DNA of 64,000 nucleotides, taken from NCBI GenBank assembly GCA_045614605.1, contig JAZLDH010000018.1, forward strand, positions 67,258-131,257, in the 5' to 3' direction. The notes under the pieces were generated by a model that was given only the letters and a program-made list of their open reading frames with translations, was not told the DNA's origin and ran no database searches. Below, piece by piece: positions 19,186 to 28,723 of the stretch. This stretch comes from Candidatus Onthomorpha sp. (GTDB taxonomy: Bacteria > Bacteroidota > Bacteroidia > Bacteroidales > P3). Numbering within the stretch: position 1 is the stretch's first letter; each line of letters opens with the position of its first letter. The position numbers were made by a program, and so were the translations under genes.

Positions 19186-21798
19186 ATGACATCTTATGAG
19201 ATAAGAAAGACTTTTCTTGATTTTTTTGCATCTAAGGGACACACAATCGTTCCTTCATCACCAATAACAGTTAAGAATGATCCTACATTGCTTTTTACTA
19301 ATGCGGGAATGAATCAATTTAAAGATATATTCTTGGGTAATGTTACTAAACCTTATCCTTCTGCTGCTGATTCTCAAAAATGTTTAAGAGTAAGTGGAAA
19401 ACACAACGATTTAGAGGAGGTTGGTCATGATACTTATCACCATACTATGTTTGAAATGTTAGGAAACTGGTCTTTTGGTGATTATTTCAAAAAAGAAGCT
19501 ATTGCATACGCTTGGGAACTTTTAACAAAGGTTTATGGAATAAGCAAAGATGTGATTTATGTAACCGTTTTCCAAGGTGATGAAAAAGATGGATTGAGTT
19601 TAGATAAGGAAGCTTATGATTATTGGAAAGAATGGATAGATGAAGATAGAATAATATTAGGAAATAAGAAAGATAATTTTTGGGAAATGGGAGAAACAGG
19701 TCCTTGTGGTGCTTGTTCCGAAATACATGTCGATTTAAGAGATGAAGAAGAACGTAAGAAAGTTAGCGGAAAAGATTTAGTAAATAAGGATAATCCATTA
19801 GTTATTGAAATATGGAACCTTGTATTTATGGAATTTAACCGTATGGCTGATGGAAGTCTTGTTCCTTTGAAAGAAAAGAACATAGATACTGGTATGGGAT
19901 TTGAACGTCTTTGTATGGTATTACAAAACAAAAAATCAAACTATGATACAGATGTTTTCCAACCAATGATTCAATTCTTGGCAAAAGAAGCAAAAGTAAC
20001 TTATTCGCAAGATAAGGAAAAAGATGTTGCAATGAGAGTTTGTGCTGACCATATTAGAGCAATTTCTTTTGCAATAGCAGATGGACAACTGCCTTCTAAT
20101 GCAAAGGCTGGTTATGTTATCAGAAGAATATTAAGAAGAGCTGTAAGATATGGCTATACATTCTTGAATTTTAATGAGCCTTTCTTGTATAAATTAGTTG
20201 ATGTTTTAGTAAATCAAATGGGAGAACAATATCCTGAAATAAAACAACAACAATCTTTAATTGAAAAAATAGTAAAAGAAGAAGAACAATCATTCCTTCG
20301 TACACTTTCTAATGGTATAATAAAATTTGAAAAGTATATTTCTCAAAAACAAGATAAAGTAATTGATGGAGATTTTACTTTTGAATTGTTTGATACTTAC
20401 GGATTCCCTGTTGATTTAACAGAACTTATGGCTCAAGAAAAAGGATATAGTGTAGATATGCAAGGATTTGAAAAAAATCTTGCTCAACAAAAAGAACGTT
20501 CTAAAAATGCGGCTAAAAGTTCTGCAGAAGATTGGGTAATAATTAAGGAATTTGAAGGAGTAGGAGAGTTTCTTGGATATGACACTTGCAAAGCTAATGC
20601 TAACCTTTTAAGATATCGTAAAGTAACAACAAAAACTGCAACAAACTATCAATTAGTATTTGACCAAACTCCATTCTATGCAGAAATGGGAGGACAAGTA
20701 GGCGATAGCGGATACATAACTAATGGCGCAGAAAAAATAGAAATCATAGATACACAAAAAGAAAACAAACTTACATTACATATTACTAAAAAGCTACCTG
20801 AAAACTTGGAAATGCCATTTGAATTAGTGGTAAATCAAAACAAGAGAACTGCAATAGAGGCTAATCACACTGCAACTCACTTATTGCATTACGCTTTAAG
20901 ACAAGTTTTAGGTTCGCATGTAGAACAAAAAGGTTCGTATGTTAATGATTCAAGATTGCGTTTCGACTTCTCACATCCAAGCAAACTTACAGAAGAAGAA
21001 ATACGTCAAACAGAAAAACTTGTAAACTCAATGATAAGAGCCGACCATAAAGCAGAAGACTTCCGTGAAATAAACATAGAAAAAGCACAAGCAATGGGAG
21101 CAATGGCATTATTCGGAGAAAAGTATGGAGATAAAGTAAGATGTATTAGATTTGGAGAAAGCATTGAACTTTGTGGAGGAACACACGCAAGTTCAACAGG
21201 ACGTTTAGGAATGATAAGCATAGTAAACGAAACAGCGGTTGCAGCGGGTGTAAGAAGAATTGAAGCCGTTACAGGAGAAGAATGCGAAAAACACCTAAAC
21301 AAAATAGAAGACACATTAAAAGAAGTACAAACTCTATTTGCAGCAAGTCCAAACATTGTTAAAACTATTCAAAAGTTAATAGAGGATAACAATCAATTAA
21401 AAGCAGAATTAGATTCTTTCCAAAAAGAAAAAATAGCTCAATTATACGATACTCTTCAATCAAAAATAACAGAAGAAAATGGCGTATCTCTTTTAACACT
21501 TGATACATCTAATCTTCCAGCAGAAGGAGTAAAAGATTTAGCTTTCCGTTTTAGAGCAAGCAATTCAAAGATATGTTTCATTGGATATGGAGAAAGTGAA
21601 GGAAAAGTAAACCTTACACTAATGCTTGGCGAAGAATTAGTAGAAAAAGGCAAAGACGCTTCTGCAACAATCCGTCAAGTATCAAAAGAAATCAAAGGTG
21701 GCGGAGGCGGACAAAAACACTTCGCAACAGCAGGTGGTAAAGACGCATCAGGATTAGCAAAAGCAGTAGAGTTAATCAAAGAAATAATATTAGCATAA
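19186..21798 (+). CDS. alaS: Alanine--tRNA ligase
   Basis: 870 aa. HHTMFEMLGNWSFGDYFK, an editing domain with HTATHLL, and a C-terminal DHHA1-like GGGGGQKHFATAGG. Confidence 0.97.
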   Translation: MTSYEIRKTFLDFFASKGHTIVPSSPITVKNDPTLLFTNAGMNQFKDIFLGNVTKPYPSAADSQKCLRVSGKHNDLEEVGHDTYHHTMFEMLGNWSFGDYFKKEAIAYAWELLTKVYGISKDVIYVTVFQGDEKDGLSLDKEAYDYWKEWIDEDRIILGNKKDNFWEMGETGPCGACSEIHVDLRDEEERKKVSGKDLVNKDNPLVIEIWNLVFMEFNRMADGSLVPLKEKNIDTGMGFERLCMVLQNKKSNYDTDVFQPMIQFLAKEAKVTYSQDKEKDVAMRVCADHIRAISFAIADGQLPSNAKAGYVIRRILRRAVRYGYTFLNFNEPFLYKLVDVLVNQMGEQYPEIKQQQSLIEKIVKEEEQSFLRTLSNGIIKFEKYISQKQDKVIDGDFTFELFDTYGFPVDLTELMAQEKGYSVDMQGFEKNLAQQKERSKNAAKSSAEDWVIIKEFEGVGEFLGYDTCKANANLLRYRKVTTKTATNYQLVFDQTPFYAEMGGQVGDSGYITNGAEKIEIIDTQKENKLTLHITKKLPENLEMPFELVVNQNKRTAIEANHTATHLLHYALRQVLGSHVEQKGSYVNDSRLRFDFSHPSKLTEEEIRQTEKLVNSMIRADHKAEDFREINIEKAQAMGAMALFGEKYGDKVRCIRFGESIELCGGTHASSTGRLGMISIVNETAVAAGVRRIEAVTGEECEKHLNKIEDTLKEVQTLFAASPNIVKTIQKLIEDNNQLKAELDSFQKEKIAQLYDTLQSKITEENGVSLLTLDTSNLPAEGVKDLAFRFRASNSKICFIGYGESEGKVNLTLMLGEELVEKGKDASATIRQVSKEIKGGGGGQKHFATAGGKDASGLAKAVELIKEIILA

Positions 21799-21822
21799 TA
21801 AACGATTCTAATTTTAACAACA

Positions 21823-23634
21823 ATGCAAAACATAAGAAACGTAGCAATCATAGCCCATGTTGACCATGGAAAGACAACGCTTGTAGATAGAATGCTTCAT
21901 CAAGCGAAATTATTTAGAGAAAACCAAGAAACAAAAGATTTAATCTTAGACAACAACGATTTAGAGCGTGAAAGAGGTATAACAATTCTTTCAAAAAACG
22001 TTTCTATTCGTTACAAAGATTTTAAAATTAACATAATTGATACTCCGGGCCACAGCGATTTTGGTGGAGAAGTAGAAAGAGTGTTAAATATGGCTGACGG
22101 AGTTTTACTTGTTGTTGATGCTTTTGAAGGTCCAATGCCTCAAACACGTTTCGTTTTACAAAAAGCGATAGAACTAAACCTTAAACCAATAGTTGTAATC
22201 AATAAAGTAGATAAGCCAAACTGTAATCCAATAGAAACACAAGAAAAAGTATTTGACTTGATGTTTAATCTTGGAGCCACAGAAGAACAATTAGATTTCC
22301 CAACCGTGTATGGCTCTTCAAAACAAGGTTGGATGAGTGAAGATTGGCAACACCCAACAGAAGATGTTTCTTATTTATTAGACCAAATCATAGAACACAT
22401 ACCTGCATACAAAACAGAAGAAGGAACAACTCAACTAATGATTTCTTCTCTTGACTTCTCATCATACGTAGGACGTATAGCAGTAGGAAGATTACATAGA
22501 GGAACTTTAATTGCTGGTCAAGACGTAACCTTAGCTAAAGCAAACGGAGAAATGTTCCGCTCAAAAATCAAAGAACTTTATGTATTTGAAGGCTTGGCCA
22601 AAGAAAAAATCAAATCAGAAGTACACGCAGGAGAAATATGTGCAATATTAGGATTAGAAAACTTTGATATTGGAGATACAGTTTGCGATATAGAAAATCC
22701 AGAACCACTAAAACCAATCAAGGTTGATGACCCTACAATGAGTATGCTTTTCACTATCAATAATTCTCCTTTCTATGGAAAAGACGGAAAGTTTGTTACA
22801 TCTCGCCATTTAAGAGAAAGACTTTACGCAGAATTAGAAAAAAATCTTGCAATGCGTATTGAAGAAACCGACTCTCCAGATTCATTGATAGTTTACGGAA
22901 GAGGAATCCTTCACCTTTCAATTCTTATTGAAACAATGCGTAGAGAAGGATACGAACTTCAAGTAGGACAACCAAAAGTAATCATAAAAGAAATTGATGG
23001 CGTAAAATGTGAACCTGTTGAACAATTAACAATAGTTGTTCCTGAGACATTCTCTGGCAAAGTAATAGAATTAGTTACAATGCGTAAGGGAGAAATCGAC
23101 TCAATAGAACCACAAGGCGACAGAACACACATTGAATTTACAATACCTTCAAGAGGAATCATAGGATTGAGAAATAACGTTCTTACTGTTTCAGAAGGAG
23201 AAGCTATTATGGCACATAGATTAAAAGGTTACGAACCTTGGAAAGGCGAAATAGGAGGAAGAAGAATGGGAGCCTTAATAGCAAAAGAAACAGGTCCAGC
23301 AATAGAATACTCAATCAATAAATTACAAGACAGAGGACGTTTCTTCGTATCACCAGGCGAAGAAGTTTACACAGGAATGGTAGTAGGAGAAGGAATACGT
23401 CCAGACGACATAGTTGTAAACCTTACAATCACAAAGAAACTTTCAAATATGCGTTCAGCAGGTGCAGACGAAAAAGTTAGCATTGCGCCAGCAACAAAAT
23501 TCTCCTTAGAAGAATCAATGGAATATATAGGAGAAGACGAATATTTAGAAATTACACCAAATCATTTACGTATAAGAAAAATCTTGCTTGACGAAGTAGC
23601 AAGAAAAAGAGCTGCAAACGCTCAAAAAGAATAA
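21823..23634 (+). CDS. typA: Translational GTPase TypA/BipA
   Basis: 603 aa. G1 [17 protein letters not shown] and NKVD motifs, with a BipA-type C-terminus. Confidence 0.95.
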   Translation: MQNIRNVAIIAHVDHGKTTLVDRMLHQAKLFRENQETKDLILDNNDLERERGITILSKNVSIRYKDFKINIIDTPGHSDFGGEVERVLNMADGVLLVVDAFEGPMPQTRFVLQKAIELNLKPIVVINKVDKPNCNPIETQEKVFDLMFNLGATEEQLDFPTVYGSSKQGWMSEDWQHPTEDVSYLLDQIIEHIPAYKTEEGTTQLMISSLDFSSYVGRIAVGRLHRGTLIAGQDVTLAKANGEMFRSKIKELYVFEGLAKEKIKSEVHAGEICAILGLENFDIGDTVCDIENPEPLKPIKVDDPTMSMLFTINNSPFYGKDGKFVTSRHLRERLYAELEKNLAMRIEETDSPDSLIVYGRGILHLSILIETMRREGYELQVGQPKVIIKEIDGVKCEPVEQLTIVVPETFSGKVIELVTMRKGEIDSIEPQGDRTHIEFTIPSRGIIGLRNNVLTVSEGEAIMAHRLKGYEPWKGEIGGRRMGALIAKETGPAIEYSINKLQDRGRFFVSPGEEVYTGMVVGEGIRPDDIVVNLTITKKLSNMRSAGADEKVSIAPATKFSLEESMEYIGEDEYLEITPNHLRIRKILLDEVARKRAANAQKE

Positions 23635-23646
23635 GAAAAAATAAAA

Positions 23647-23992
23647 GTGCGACACTGTTCTATCGCTGGAAGCTAAGCTTCGAGAGGAAAGTCCGAGCAA
23701 CGCAGAGCATCATACTACCTAACGGGTAGGCAAAGCAAAGAACGCTTTGACAGCAAGTGCCACAGAAAATTACCGCCCTTTAAAAGGGTAAGGGTGAAAA
23801 CGTGAGGTAAGAGCTCACGCTATGGTTTAGCGATAAATCATGGGGGTAAACCTTATGAGTTGAAAGACCAAGTATATCGGAATATAGGGGCTGCTCGTCC
23901 TTTCCGAGGGGTAGGTCGTTAGAGGCTTGTCGTGAGGCAAGCAGTAGATTAATGATAGAATTATGACAGAACTCGGCTTATAGGTGTCGCAC
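23647..23992 (+). ncRNA. rnpB: RNase P RNA (bacterial type A)
   Basis: P1 pairing GTGCGACAC...GTGTCGCAC. P4 strands GAGGAAAGTCCGAGC and ACAGAACTCGGCTTA. Conserved GGTAAGGGTGAAA and GGTAAACC elements. Confidence 0.93.
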
Positions 23993-24053
23993 ATTTTTTT
24001 ATTTTTTTTCTCTTTTCCGAAACAAAATCCTTAGAAATAGTGTCATTCATTCA

Positions 24054-24578
24054 ATGAAACTAAGCGAAAAAGAACTCATTGAAAAATGTATTAAGAAGAA
24101 TCCAAAGGCTCAAAAGGCGTTATATGACATTTATTCGCCTATGCTTTTTGGTATTTGTTTGAGATATGCTCGCAATTATGAAGATGCGGAAGACATATTC
24201 CAAGAAGCATTTATTAAAACCTTTGATCAACTTCATAAATACAACTTTCAAGGACCATTAGGAGCATGGTTGAGAAAACTCTTTGTTAATTTCGCACTCA
24301 ATTACTATCGTTACGACAAAGCAAACTTAAACACCGACTTAGAATCAATAGCAATAGGAGAATTACCCTTGCAATTAGACGAAATATCGAATCAAGAAAT
24401 ACTCGAAGCCATAAATCAACTACCCGATAGACAAAGAATAATTTTCAATATGGTAGAAATAGAAGGATATTCCTACAAGGAAGTTTCTCAACAATTAGAA
24501 GAAAACGAAAGCACCCTAAGAGGGTTAAACTATAAAGCAAAGAAGAATTTACAAGAAATGTTAAATAAGATAAAATAA
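24054..24578 (+). CDS. ECF-type RNA polymerase sigma-70 family factor
   Basis: 174 aa. Region 2 (DAEDIFQEAFIK) and region 4 (LPDRQRIIFNMVEIEGYSYKEVSQQL). TAATG overlap with the next gene. Confidence 0.88.
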   Translation: MKLSEKELIEKCIKKNPKAQKALYDIYSPMLFGICLRYARNYEDAEDIFQEAFIKTFDQLHKYNFQGPLGAWLRKLFVNFALNYYRYDKANLNTDLESIAIGELPLQLDEISNQEILEAINQLPDRQRIIFNMVEIEGYSYKEVSQQLEENESTLRGLNYKAKKNLQEMLNKIK

Positions 24579-25405
24579 TGAATATGGAAAATAAAGAATT
24601 TAATTTTGAGCAAATCAAACAACGATTAGAAAATTACGAGCAAGCACCACAAAAGGATATGTGGCAAAAAATAGAAAAGCAAATACGACCAAATAATTTT
24701 CTTTTAAAAACAGCAATTGCCCTTTCTTCACTTTTGCTTGTAGGCTTTGTAGGAGTCTTGGTTTTCACTCCACTTCAAAACGCTGAAACAAAGCCCCTTA
24801 CACAAGAGGTGAAGAGTGCTGAAAAAATCTCTAAGAAAACAGAAATTTTTTCAAAGGAAAATAAAAATATTCCTAAGGAAACAGAAATTATTTCAAAGGA
24901 AAAATTTGTTGAAGAAAAACAAGAAAATATTGTTGTTTCAACACCAATTCAAAAAGAGGTAAAAATAGAGAAACAAGAGCCTAAAATAATAGAAGAAAAA
25001 CAAGAAATAGCAATAAAAAATCCTCAAAAAACAGAAATAAAACAAAAAGAAATCACACCAATTATTGAAGAAAAAATAGCGGAACAAATAGTTGAAGAAA
25101 AAACTCCAGAAGTAGAGGAAATAACCAACAGATTAAAACTATTTATTCCAAATGCTTTCATTCCAGAGGCAGCAGATAAGAATGCGATTTTTAAGCCAGC
25201 CTTCACAGAATTAAAAGATTACAGAATGGATATTTACTCTTCAAACGGCACACTTGTATTTACTTCCAACAACATAGAATATGGTTGGGACGGGACCTAT
25301 AAAGGCTCTCCACAACCCCAAGGAGTATATGTTTATGTTGTGAAATTCATCACACCAAAAGGCGAAAGCTCACAACAAAAAGGCGAATTAATGCTTATAA
25401 GATAA
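24578..25405 (+). CDS. Membrane-anchored anti-sigma-like protein with K/E/I-rich repeat linker and T9SS type B (gliding-motility-associated, CHU_C-like) C-terminal domain
   Basis: One TM segment (LKTAIALSSLLLVGFVGVLVF). A 42-nt tandem repeat in the linker (24821-24908). The C-terminus IPNAFIPE...IFKP...YRMDIYSSNGTLVF...YGWDGTYKGSPQPQGVYVYVV...GELMLIR matches the type B sorting-domain pattern. Confidence 0.7.
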   Translation: MNMENKEFNFEQIKQRLENYEQAPQKDMWQKIEKQIRPNNFLLKTAIALSSLLLVGFVGVLVFTPLQNAETKPLTQEVKSAEKISKKTEIFSKENKNIPKETEIISKEKFVEEKQENIVVSTPIQKEVKIEKQEPKIIEEKQEIAIKNPQKTEIKQKEITPIIEEKIAEQIVEEKTPEVEEITNRLKLFIPNAFIPEAADKNAIFKPAFTELKDYRMDIYSSNGTLVFTSNNIEYGWDGTYKGSPQPQGVYVYVVKFITPKGESSQQKGELMLIR

Positions 25406-25466
25406 GAATTTCTTTGTTAATTCCATAGAAAATACCTACCTTTGCAACGAATTAAAACGTAGCAAA

Positions 25467-26312
25467 ATGGCAACAATTACTGAATTACAAGACATCGCAA
25501 CACAAGTTAGAAGAGACATAATACGAATGACAAATTCAGCTTCCTCAGGCCACCCAGGCGGAAGCTTAGGCTGTGCAGACGTAATGACAGCCTTGTATTT
25601 TGAAATCATGAGCTTAGATGTAGAAAACTTTAAACGTGAAGGCAAAGGAGAAGATATGTTCTTTTTGTCAAATGGACACATCTCACCAGTTCTTTACAGT
25701 GTTTTATCACGCAGAGGCTATTTCCCTGTATCAGAACTTGCAACATTCCGTAAATTAGGCACACGCTTACAAGGACACCCAAGCGTTCACGACAATCTAC
25801 CTGGCGTAAGACAAGCCTCAGGCTCATTAGGACAAGGCTTATCAGTAGGAATAGGAGCAGCATTAGCAAAAAAATACAATTCTTGCGACAAATTAGTCTA
25901 TACACTTCACGGAGATGGAGAATTACAAGAAGGACAAATTTGGGAAGCTATAATGTTTGCAGGAGCAAATAAGGTAGATAACCTAATATCTATCATAGAC
26001 GTAAACGGATTACAAATAGATGGTACAACCGACCAAGTATGTTCACTTGGAAACCTAAGAGCAAAATTTGAAGCCTTTGATTGGAGCATTGTAGAAATGC
26101 AAGGAAATGATATGGCTGACACAATTAGAGGATTGAACCGAGCAAAACAACAAGCAAAACAAGGCAAACCGGTTGTGATTCTTATGCAAACACAAATGGG
26201 ATACGGAGTTGATTTCATGCAAAACAAAAACAAATGGCACGGAACACCTCCAAACAACGAACAAGCCGAAGCAGCCTTAGCCCAATTAAAAGAAACATTA
26301 GGAGATTTTTAA
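25467..26312 (+). CDS. Transketolase, N-terminal (TPP-binding) subunit
   Basis: 281 aa. SSGHPGGSLG and HGDGELQEGQIWEA motifs. A TAccTTTG promoter box lies at 25436-25443. Confidence 0.92.
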   Translation: MATITELQDIATQVRRDIIRMTNSASSGHPGGSLGCADVMTALYFEIMSLDVENFKREGKGEDMFFLSNGHISPVLYSVLSRRGYFPVSELATFRKLGTRLQGHPSVHDNLPGVRQASGSLGQGLSVGIGAALAKKYNSCDKLVYTLHGDGELQEGQIWEAIMFAGANKVDNLISIIDVNGLQIDGTTDQVCSLGNLRAKFEAFDWSIVEMQGNDMADTIRGLNRAKQQAKQGKPVVILMQTQMGYGVDFMQNKNKWHGTPPNNEQAEAALAQLKETLGDF

Positions 26313-26327
26313 AAACACCCTGTCGTT

Positions 26328-27737
26328 TTGAGAACAAAACTTACAAAATACTTTGTATTATTTTTTGCAATAAGCCTTGCAACACTTCCCCTTTTAGCAC
26401 AACCAAGAGGAGTTAAAGTGATGCGTGAGGATTCTTATCAAAAAACAAGAATACTCTTTATCTTAGATTGCTCAAACACCATGTATGGAATGTGGCAAAG
26501 CAATACTAAAATAAAAATTGCACAAAATCTATTATCAAACATAGTAGATACCTTGGCAAACAAGCCAAGTGTTGAAATGGCACTAAGAGCCTACGGACAC
26601 ACCAAAGACTATCCGCCACAAAACTGCGATGATACAAGATTGGAAGTAAGTTTTTATCCTAACAACACCGAACAAATCAAATCGAAACTCAAAGCCCTTG
26701 TGCCAAAAGGTACAACACCAATAGCCTACACATTAGAAAAATGTGTAAAAGACTTTCCAGAAAGCGACAACTCACGAAACATAGTCATTCTTATCACAGA
26801 TGGAGTTGATGAATGTTCAGGAGATGTTTGCATGGCTTCAAAACAATTACAAGAAAAAGGAGCATTTTTAAAGCCTTTCATAATTGGAATTGGAAAAGGA
26901 TTGAAAGAAGAATTTGCTTGTGCAGGCACCTACTATGAGGTAAACAACGAAATAGAATTTTCAAAAGCCCTAAACAACATAGTAGCACAAGTATTCAACA
27001 ACACAAGCTGTCAAGTAAATCTTTTAGACTCTAATATGGAGCCAAGCGAGACAAACATTCCAATGACCTTTTACGATAGTCAAAGCAAGCAGTTAAAATA
27101 TACCTTTATGCACACTTTTAATACCAAAGGCTTATCTGACACTTTGATTTTAGACCCTTTGTTGAATTATGACATAGTAATTCACACGCTTCCACCTGTT
27201 AAGGAAGAGAATGTGCAGTTAAAAGTTGGCAGACATACCATTATACCAATCAAAACACCACAAGGAAATATGGTTATAAGATTTTCAGACAAATCAAAAC
27301 TGAAAAACAACAATATTTCCGCAATCATAAGAGAGAGTGGCAAGACAGAGACTGTCAATATACAAGAATTGAATAAGGTTGAGAAGTATTTGGTGGGTAA
27401 ATACGACTTAGAAATTCTTACCTTACCAAAACTGAGAATTGAAAACGTAGAAATAGGACAAAGTTCAACAACTACAATAGAAATTCCAGCCTCAGGAATA
27501 CTTGTTTTAAACAAAGGAAAATTGGAAAGCGTAGGAAGTATTTTTGTAAAGGACAGTGAAGAAACAAAATGGGTATGTAATCTTGAAGATGGTTTACAAA
27601 CAGAAAATATTAACCTACTTCCAGGACAATATATGGTGGTTTTGAAAGACAAAAACGCCACTAAGACCTCTCAAACACAGATTAAAGAATTTAAAATAGA
27701 ATCAAATAAAACCACAACAATAACTTTAGCAAAATAA
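26328..27737 (+). CDS. Secreted von Willebrand factor A (VWA) domain protein
   Basis: TTG start and a signal peptide. MIDAS-like ILFILDCSNTM and GTTPIAYTL. The C-terminal half of about 230 aa is of unknown fold. Confidence 0.75.
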   Translation: MRTKLTKYFVLFFAISLATLPLLAQPRGVKVMREDSYQKTRILFILDCSNTMYGMWQSNTKIKIAQNLLSNIVDTLANKPSVEMALRAYGHTKDYPPQNCDDTRLEVSFYPNNTEQIKSKLKALVPKGTTPIAYTLEKCVKDFPESDNSRNIVILITDGVDECSGDVCMASKQLQEKGAFLKPFIIGIGKGLKEEFACAGTYYEVNNEIEFSKALNNIVAQVFNNTSCQVNLLDSNMEPSETNIPMTFYDSQSKQLKYTFMHTFNTKGLSDTLILDPLLNYDIVIHTLPPVKEENVQLKVGRHTIIPIKTPQGNMVIRFSDKSKLKNNNISAIIRESGKTETVNIQELNKVEKYLVGKYDLEILTLPKLRIENVEIGQSSTTTIEIPASGILVLNKGKLESVGSIFVKDSEETKWVCNLEDGLQTENINLLPGQYMVVLKDKNATKTSQTQIKEFKIESNKTTTITLAK

Positions 27738-27748
27738 ATAAACGAAAT

Positions 27749-28702
27749 ATGAAAGAATATCCTCAATTAGGTAGTAAAGACACACGTTCAGGATTTGGAA
27801 TAGGTCTTTTAGAAGCAGGAAAGCGAAACGAAAATGTAGTAGCCTTATGTGCAGACCTTATAGGTTCGGTAAGAATGGATTTGTTTCAAGAAGCCTTTCC
27901 AGAAAGAATGATAGAATGCGGAATAGCCGAAGCAAACATGATAGGAATAGCAGCAGGATTAGCATTAAGCGGTAAAGTAGCATTTGCAAGTAGCTTTGCA
28001 GCATTCTCAACAGGTAGAGTATATGACCAAATACGTCAAGCAGTAGCATATTCCAATACAAACGTAAAAATTGCAGGCTCACACGCAGGTATAACCTTAG
28101 GAGAAGACGGAGCAACTCACCAAATATTGGAAGATATAGGCATGATGAAAATGCTACCTAATATGGTAGTGTTGAATCCTTGCGACCATAACCAAACTAT
28201 TGCCGCAACAATCGCAGCAGCAGAATACAATGGCCCGGTTTATATTCGTTATGGAAGACCAAAAGTGCCAGTATTCATTCCAGAAGATATGCCTTTTGAA
28301 ATCGGAAAAGCTATTGTACTTAGCGAAGGTACAGACGTAACACTTGTAGCTACAGGACACTTAGTTTGGGAAGCACTTCAAGCAGCTAAAATCTTAGAAG
28401 AAGAAGGCATAAGTGCAGAAGTGATAGACATTCACACAATAAAACCACTTGATAGTGAAGCAATCTTAAAATCAGTTGCGAAAACAAATTGCGTTGTTGG
28501 CTGTGAAGAACACCAATTCAATGGAGGATTAAACGAAAGCATAGCACAGCTTCTTGTTCGTAACAATCCAAAACCAATGGAGTTTATCGGAATAGACGAT
28601 TGCTTTGGAGAAAGTGGTACACCTGATGCTTTGATGGAAAAATATGGCTTAAAGGCAAACAATATAGTAGAAGCAGCAAAGAGAGTTATAGCAAGAAAAT
28701 AG
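27749..28702 (+). CDS. Transketolase, C-terminal (pyrimidine-binding) subunit
   Basis: 317 aa. ECGIAEANMIGIAAGLA and GEDGATHQ motifs. Confidence 0.92.
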   Translation: MKEYPQLGSKDTRSGFGIGLLEAGKRNENVVALCADLIGSVRMDLFQEAFPERMIECGIAEANMIGIAAGLALSGKVAFASSFAAFSTGRVYDQIRQAVAYSNTNVKIAGSHAGITLGEDGATHQILEDIGMMKMLPNMVVLNPCDHNQTIAATIAAAEYNGPVYIRYGRPKVPVFIPEDMPFEIGKAIVLSEGTDVTLVATGHLVWEALQAAKILEEEGISAEVIDIHTIKPLDSEAILKSVAKTNCVVGCEEHQFNGGLNESIAQLLVRNNPKPMEFIGIDDCFGESGTPDALMEKYGLKANNIVEAAKRVIARK

Positions 28703-28723
28703 TTTTCCAACTAATTGCTTGTT

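Noticed and set aside
27182-27661. 159-aa ORF on the minus strand.
   Set aside because: It is antisense to the VWA-domain gene and has no supporting motifs.
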